Translations under genes and position numbers: made by a program | Part shown: positions 59,134-64,000 of the stretch, one piece after another | How positions within the stretch are numbered: the first letter of the stretch is position 1 | Layout of the letters: each line of letters opens with the position of its first letter | Assembly (NCBI GenBank): GCA_002839375.1 | Contig: PGXY01000009.1 | Span: 64,080-128,079, forward strand | DNA: 64,000 nt | Source of the DNA: Spirochaetae bacterium HGW-Spirochaetae-1 | GTDB taxonomy: Bacteria; Spirochaetota; UBA4802; UBA5550 | Direction of reading: 5' to 3' | The notes under the pieces: generated by a model | Database searches by the model: none | The model's input: the letters and a program-made list of their open reading frames with translations, nothing else | Told to the model about the DNA's origin: nothing

Positions 59134-59925
59134 TCACTTGCGGTCATCCACGGCCAGTCGGTTGATCAGGTTTGTCAGCACGTATTTCCCGTCCCTGTTG
59201 AGCGCCTCCTCTTCCCCCTTCTGAATCACGTTGAGAAGAAAAACAAGAATTGCGCTGAGCGTCAGGGCAACGATGGTGGTGCCGAAAGCGAAACCCAGGT
59301 CCGAGGTGAGGGTCTTGAACTGAAGTATCTTGTCGGCCTGGGCGCCCATGAACTTGTTTATGTCCAGGTGTCCCAGGGCCAGGGAGATTCCCACAACGGT
59401 CCCGATGAATCCCAGGGTGGGGATGGCCCATACGATATACCGGGTCATGGCGTAGCGCAGATCAAGGCGGTGTATGTTCAGTTCAAGGGTGCTGTTGAGG
59501 ACGGCGATGGTATCGCTGACGGAATGGGATTTGACATACTGTAGAATGCAGGTATTGATGAGGTCCGGCAGGTATGCCTCGCCGCGCATTGAAGCATTGG
59601 CCGCGTTTATACGTATGATTTCGATCTCCTGGTCGGTTTTAAGGAGCGATCCTTCAGTCTCGGGAAGGAAACCCGACATGCGGAGAAAAACATTTTCTTC
59701 GTGTGTGGCAATCCATCGGACCCAGAGCTGGGCCAGGCCAATGAAGAAAAACAGGTGCATGAGGTTTTGCAGTGTGAACGGGTAGACCGATGAGCTCGTC
59801 TCGCCGATGAGCATGTCTCCGGCGGCCTTTCCGCCGATAACAACGGTGAGGATAGAAATAATAACAATGGTCACAAGGACTGAAATACCCATGGCAACCC
59901 AGTTTCTGTTTATCGTGCTTATCAT
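59134..59925 (-). CDS. MotA/TolQ/ExbB-family proton-channel protein
   Basis: Start chosen at MISTINRNW (complement 59923-59925, GGGGA RBS). The ORF-track start at 60114 would overlap the upstream gene. 3 TM topology with family signature IPTLGFIGTVVGISLAL. Confidence 0.7.
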   Translation of the reverse strand: MISTINRNWVAMGISVLVTIVIISILTVVIGGKAAGDMLIGETSSSVYPFTLQNLMHLFFFIGLAQLWVRWIATHEENVFLRMSGFLPETEGSLLKTDQEIEIIRINAANASMRGEAYLPDLINTCILQYVKSHSVSDTIAVLNSTLELNIHRLDLRYAMTRYIVWAIPTLGFIGTVVGISLALGHLDINKFMGAQADKILQFKTLTSDLGFAFGTTIVALTLSAILVFLLNVIQKGEEEALNRDGKYVLTNLINRLAVDDRK

Positions 59926-59995
59926 GTGATATCCCCTGTTGAATTTATCGGATGTGATAACATATTTAGTTCCTGTACTATTGAACGGCACGGGA

Positions 59996-61423
59996 CTACC
60001 GCCGCGGTACGCATTTACCCGTATTGTCCCGGTAATAGCCGTCCTCGCAGACACAGGTTCCCTTACGCTTTGACCAGGTTTCATGTTCGCTGCGGCAGCG
60101 TTTGACACAGACAAATTTATGGGGTCCGCTCTTCATGGGCACCATGGCTTCATCATTGCGGCATCCCGCCGTGCAGGCCCCGTCGAATCCAATGATTTCA
60201 CAGGGATCGCACCGGTCAGTTTTTGTGTTGAGCCTGTATCCCTTCACGCACACGCACGTGCTCTGGTCGCTGTTCCAGGTCTCATGGGCGCGGCAGGTGC
60301 AGTAACCGTCTTCATTTATAAATCCCCGGCGCGCCTCGCAGCGCTCTTTGAATTTTATGAATTTAGCCTGCTGGTTCTTTTTCTTTTCTTCCCAGCCTTC
60401 TTTCTCTTTTTTGAACTCTTCCATTTCCCGGTCCAGGTTTTTTTGTTCCTTTTCCAGTTTTTCATCATGGACTTTTTTGTTTTCTCCGCTGTAGGCGTTG
60501 CGTGAAATGGTCTTCATGATGTCCAGCTCGGCCTGTTTGCGCGCCATGTCGCTTTCACGGTCATCGAGATTCTTTTTCGCATTGTCCAGGTCTTTTTTCG
60601 TCACATCGAGCTGGACCTTGGTGTCATCCAGTTCCTTCTGCATGGAGACGAGCTGTCCCCTTGTGGTGTCCAGGGCATCCTTCGTGTCGGAGAGGCGGGT
60701 CTTCACCGATCCCAGTTCATCTTCAGTCTGGTCCAGGCGGTTTTTTGCCGATGAGAGATCCCCCTCGGTTTTTTTCAGCATCTCGCGGGTACCATCCAGG
60801 TCGCCTTTGGTGCTGCCCAGCTCTTCACGGGCCTTGCCCAGGGCTTCAATTGCCTGGTCGAGTTTATCCCTGGTCTCGCCGAGACCCCGGCGCACCGCCA
60901 TGAGCTCGCGGCTCGTTGATGCCTGGCTTTGCCGTATAGTAGAATAGGTTCCGAAATTGAACCGCGCCGCCAGGCCGAAGTTTATATCGAAAGCGGTATG
61001 GGGCGTCATTATCATCACCGGAGCAGCGTATAGAGAGAAATTCACGGGATAATTGCGCAAAGGCAGATCCAGGCCCACGGGCAGACGAAGGGCCGCGCGA
61101 AAATCACCCTCATCGGTTCCCAGGAGGAAACCGCCGCCGAAGAAGAAGAGCAGACTCATCGAAGAATCACCATACAGATTAAAGGGTTCGTAGAGCAGGT
61201 CCGTGGTAAAGGCGAAATCTTTACTGATCGTTGCGCCCAGGGCACTGTCTATGCCCAGGTAGTCCGTGAACCAGTATCGCGTGTTAAGACCCGAGGGCAT
61301 GCCGGCTACGCCGCCTAGTTCAAAACTGCCTTTCTGTGAGAAAGACCCCTGGGCATTTGCCCCGCCATCCGGTATAGCGATCAACAGTAGGGATATTATA
61401 AAAGGAAATAGTCTGTTTAGCAT
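59996..61423 (-). CDS. Secreted protein: signal peptide, OmpA-like beta-barrel region, 16 perfect heptads, Cys-rich EGF-like C-terminal domain
   Basis: Start at MLNRLFPFIISLLLIAIPDGGANA (signal peptide); 61465 is an alternative. Amphipathic beta-strands end in FNFGTY. Heptads are LGETRDK LDQAIEA ... LDNAKKN. C-terminus has CTCRAHETW..CVCVKGY..CDPC..CTAGC..CVKRC..CVCEDGYY..C. Confidence 0.55.
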   Translation of the reverse strand: MLNRLFPFIISLLLIAIPDGGANAQGSFSQKGSFELGGVAGMPSGLNTRYWFTDYLGIDSALGATISKDFAFTTDLLYEPFNLYGDSSMSLLFFFGGGFLLGTDEGDFRAALRLPVGLDLPLRNYPVNFSLYAAPVMIMTPHTAFDINFGLAARFNFGTYSTIRQSQASTSRELMAVRRGLGETRDKLDQAIEALGKAREELGSTKGDLDGTREMLKKTEGDLSSAKNRLDQTEDELGSVKTRLSDTKDALDTTRGQLVSMQKELDDTKVQLDVTKKDLDNAKKNLDDRESDMARKQAELDIMKTISRNAYSGENKKVHDEKLEKEQKNLDREMEEFKKEKEGWEEKKKNQQAKFIKFKERCEARRGFINEDGYCTCRAHETWNSDQSTCVCVKGYRLNTKTDRCDPCEIIGFDGACTAGCRNDEAMVPMKSGPHKFVCVKRCRSEHETWSKRKGTCVCEDGYYRDNTGKCVPRR

Positions 61424-61512
61424 GGTTTTTTCTGTAAACCCCAATGATTTTGTCCCGTGTATCATATGATTTTCGGTACAAACCGGTTTGATATGAAGAG
61501 TTTATCTCGTAT

Positions 61513-61541
61513 ATGATATATAAATGCCGGGGAAAAGTCAA
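61513..61541 (-). promoter_or_regulatory. Putative sigma70 promoter (TTGACT-17-TATCAT on minus strand) for the 59996..61423 cluster
   Basis: Plus-strand AGTCAA 61536-61541 and ATGATA 61513-61518 with a 17-nt spacer, immediately downstream (on the minus strand) of the 34-bp palindrome. Confidence 0.4.
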
Positions 61542-61564
61542 TGTGAAAAGGGGAATTTGCGGTT

Positions 61565-61598
61565 TGTGTTGGTGCAAATCATGATTTGCACCAACACA
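61565..61598. promoter_or_regulatory. 34-bp perfect palindrome (candidate operator or terminator)
   Basis: TGTGTTGGTGCAAATCAT|GATTTGCACCAACACA is exactly self-complementary. It sits 7 nt after the lipoprotein gene stop and just upstream of the promoter above. Confidence 0.45.
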
Positions 61599-61605
61599 GG
61601 AATTT

Positions 61606-62772
61606 TTAATAATCCGAGGCAATAGGCCCCTGGTAGTTGATGGACATACCCAGGAGCTGAGAGGAGGATGCGCTCGATGTCCCGGCTGTGCCACCCAGGC
61701 CGATGTCGCAGGCCAGAACGATGTTGCCGGAAATAGCGCTGATACAGCCAGGCACTTCATTCCCCAGGATTGTTCCGCCGGACCAGAGCATTTTCCATAC
61801 ATTAAGGCTCGATGTTCCCATCAATGTCCATATTGCAGCACTGGAAACATACTGGTTATAGATGCTCCCATTAAAGGGTGTGCTGGCAATGCTACCGTTA
61901 CGCAGGAGGGGCATTAGACGTACTCCGTTACAATACAGCTCAATTATCGGTCCCTGGTTAACTGTAGGATCGTTCCAGCCCAGAATTTTCATTTCAACGG
62001 TAAAAGGCTCCTCGAGATTTATGAATTCTGAGTTGTCCGGCATGACATGAGGGATGTTGATAAATCCAAGCTCATCTGCCAGTGCGGTAGTGACATCGGG
62101 AAGCTGTAAGATCAGATAGTCTGCGCTTCCTGTTTTTACTGCTTTTACAAGGATACCACCGTTCTGCTGAGTTTCATGCCCATCTTCTACTTTGTCTACG
62201 AATCCCATGGTGAGTCCGGCATATTGGCCGGTTAATTTAAATTCATGACCGGTAAATATTCCTAATGTGTAAATGAAATTACTGGTTACAGTAGCGGTTT
62301 CCGTAAGGATGAATCTGCCTGTCATGGTCATTGGGAACGAATACCAGAGTTCATTCTCGTTCCGCCCCGCGTTGTTGTTGTTTATCATGAACCACACCAG
62401 CATGTTTTCTTCGCTGTTGTAGTAATAATATCCGTCTTCATCTTTTGGCGCTTCAACATAGTGATCTTCGTTGATGCTGAAAGAGCTTCCCTGCTGGTCC
62501 GTATATTTAGTACCGTAAATATCGGAAACGCTGTTGATGGCGCCGCAGAAACCATCGCAATCGCTGCCGGCGATTTCCTGGGGAAAGGCCACGATGCCGC
62601 GCATCTGGCCGTTAAGGACACTGACCAGGTCAGCTGCCGAGGTGACTACGCCGGTTTTTTCGTCGTCGGCATAGGGGTCGCGGTCTGATAGCGCGGGGCT
62701 GCAGGCCGTAAAGGCCGTCAGCAGTGCAACTGATAGTGATACTATCGAACTGATAAGATATTTATTTTTCAT
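61606..62772 (-). CDS. Hypothetical secreted lipoprotein
   Basis: Signal peptide and lipobox-like LTAFTAC. 388 aa, no recognised catalytic motif. Confidence 0.5.
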   Translation of the reverse strand: MKNKYLISSIVSLSVALLTAFTACSPALSDRDPYADDEKTGVVTSAADLVSVLNGQMRGIVAFPQEIAGSDCDGFCGAINSVSDIYGTKYTDQQGSSFSINEDHYVEAPKDEDGYYYYNSEENMLVWFMINNNNAGRNENELWYSFPMTMTGRFILTETATVTSNFIYTLGIFTGHEFKLTGQYAGLTMGFVDKVEDGHETQQNGGILVKAVKTGSADYLILQLPDVTTALADELGFINIPHVMPDNSEFINLEEPFTVEMKILGWNDPTVNQGPIIELYCNGVRLMPLLRNGSIASTPFNGSIYNQYVSSAAIWTLMGTSSLNVWKMLWSGGTILGNEVPGCISAISGNIVLACDIGLGGTAGTSSASSSQLLGMSINYQGPIASDY

Positions 62773-62786
62773 GGTATGTATCTCCT

Positions 62787-63845
62787 CTAGAATATATAGT
62801 ATCGCATGCCCATGCGGAAGGCCGAAGTTCCCAGGAGAACCGGATAGGCGAAGCGTTTCAGGTATTGGTTGTCCAGGGTTGCCACGCTGGCCCCGCCCAG
62901 GGCCGTGGTGAGTATCTGGGCACCGCGCTCGGAAAATTCAGCCTCGGCATAGACGGTTCCGGCTGTCCCCGTTCCCATGAACTCGAATGAACCCACCATG
63001 CGGTCCGTGAGAAAAAACTCGAAGCCGATGACGAAGTTGAAGGACATGGCCCTGAGCCGGAACTTCACGGTCTCATCGATAGCTCCCCTGCACAGGAGGG
63101 CATCCTGGCCTGCATAAGAGGTGATATATTGCACATACCTGTCGTCGGCCTTCATGCGCAGTGACCATCCGCCGCTGATGTAGCCGACACCCATGCCGCC
63201 GTATATCTTTGCCTTGTCGTAGAGGGTAGTCATGAACCCGAAGGTGACGGGAATTTCGTACCATGAAGATGTGAAGGTTGTATCAAGAGTTCCTCCGGCA
63301 AGATTGCCATCGTGGGGAAACTGTTCGTCATTGGTGCCGTTATAGTAGGTGAGAAATGAATCAACACCGGGACCGAGAATGCGCTTCTGATGGCCGCCCA
63401 TGAACTGGATGATGTAGTCAAAGCCGCCCCTGATGAAAAGGGGAAGGCCTGTCGCGTTATTCATGTCCCAGATGAGAGTGCCTGAAAGGCCCACGCCGAT
63501 CATGGGACCGCCTTCGCTATAACCGCCGACGAATTTGAACAGGTCCTGCGATGTTCCATCCGATGCATTGTAATATATGGCATTGTCCTTGTCGCTGACA
63601 ATCAGATACGAGGTGTTGGTATTTGCTGCCAGGCTATCCTCGTTAAGATCGAGCACGCCGTCGTCAATGATCGTCTCACCAAGGCCTGCCAGGTCCGGGG
63701 CCAGGTTGAAGGAAAAACCTATGGATAGATTTCTTGAAATGCCGCTTTTTTCTTTTTCCCCTTTCTTTTTCAACAGATCCGTTTCCTGGGCCTGAAGCGC
63801 GCCGGCCAGGAAGAGGAATGTCATGATACACCATATCTTTTTCAT
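62787..63845 (-). CDS. Putative outer-membrane beta-barrel protein
   Basis: Signal peptide MKKIWCIMTFLFLAGALQAQ, alternating amphipathic strands, and C-terminal ...RMGMRYYIF ending in Phe (OMP C-terminal signature). 14-bp gap to the downstream lipoprotein gene. Confidence 0.55.
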   Translation of the reverse strand: MKKIWCIMTFLFLAGALQAQETDLLKKKGEKEKSGISRNLSIGFSFNLAPDLAGLGETIIDDGVLDLNEDSLAANTNTSYLIVSDKDNAIYYNASDGTSQDLFKFVGGYSEGGPMIGVGLSGTLIWDMNNATGLPLFIRGGFDYIIQFMGGHQKRILGPGVDSFLTYYNGTNDEQFPHDGNLAGGTLDTTFTSSWYEIPVTFGFMTTLYDKAKIYGGMGVGYISGGWSLRMKADDRYVQYITSYAGQDALLCRGAIDETVKFRLRAMSFNFVIGFEFFLTDRMVGSFEFMGTGTAGTVYAEAEFSERGAQILTTALGGASVATLDNQYLKRFAYPVLLGTSAFRMGMRYYIF

Positions 63846-64000
63846 GGAACCTCCTGAAAATTCTTATATATTGATAATAAAAACCGTCTGGACGTATTTA
63901 ACTATGTTTATTATACTAAATACCGTCCAGACGGTGGAGTGTCAAGATTAATATTCAGCATAATCAAATTATGCGCGCATTTTCGGGATATAAAACGACA

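Noticed and set aside
1-64000. CRISPR arrays, rRNA/tRNA genes, IS elements, integrases, prophage genes
   Set aside because: I saw no regularly spaced direct repeats, no transposase/integrase/recombinase-like ORFs, and no rRNA-like conserved stretches. tRNAs cannot be excluded by eye, but no candidate cloverleaf region stood out in the intergenic spaces.

Overview
This 64-kb window looks like a chromosomal segment of a Gram-negative (diderm) bacterium. GC content is about 50% and coding density is high. My guess at lineage is a Spirochaete-like or other anaerobic diderm, but that is weak: it rests only on gene content (many MCPs, DUF3332, DUF3617, MMPL transporter, SpoIID-domain protein). I found no rRNA, tRNA, CRISPR array, transposase or integrase. 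Recognisable housekeeping genes are leuS, lon and a class A PBP (PBP1A). There are three methyl-accepting chemotaxis proteins, one of which (1..1579 minus) runs off the window start. There is a macA-macB-tolC tripartite efflux operon, a vapBC toxin-antitoxin pair, and an orphan CheY-like receiver behind a textbook sigma70 promoter. Nucleotide second-messenger genes are unusually dense: class I adenylate cyclase (cyaA-like), PtsN-like EIIA, a GGDEF cyclase, a REC/HD-GYP phosphodiesterase and a ComFB-domain protein. The most unusual locus is a minus-strand cluster at 58052..61465 (wider context to 63845). It encodes a MotA/TolQ/ExbB-like channel protein, a protein whose ExbD/TolR-like membrane anchor is fused to a periplasmic coiled coil and a vWA domain, and a secreted protein with an OM-barrel-like region, 16 perfect LxxTKxx heptads and a Cys-rich EGF-like C-terminus. 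The cluster is preceded by a 34-bp perfect palindrome and a sigma70-like promoter. I propose it as a candidate uncharacterised PMF-driven envelope module. Other oddities are listed in the findings. All calls come from reading the supplied ORF translations and the raw sequence, with no database searches. Product names are motif-based inferences.
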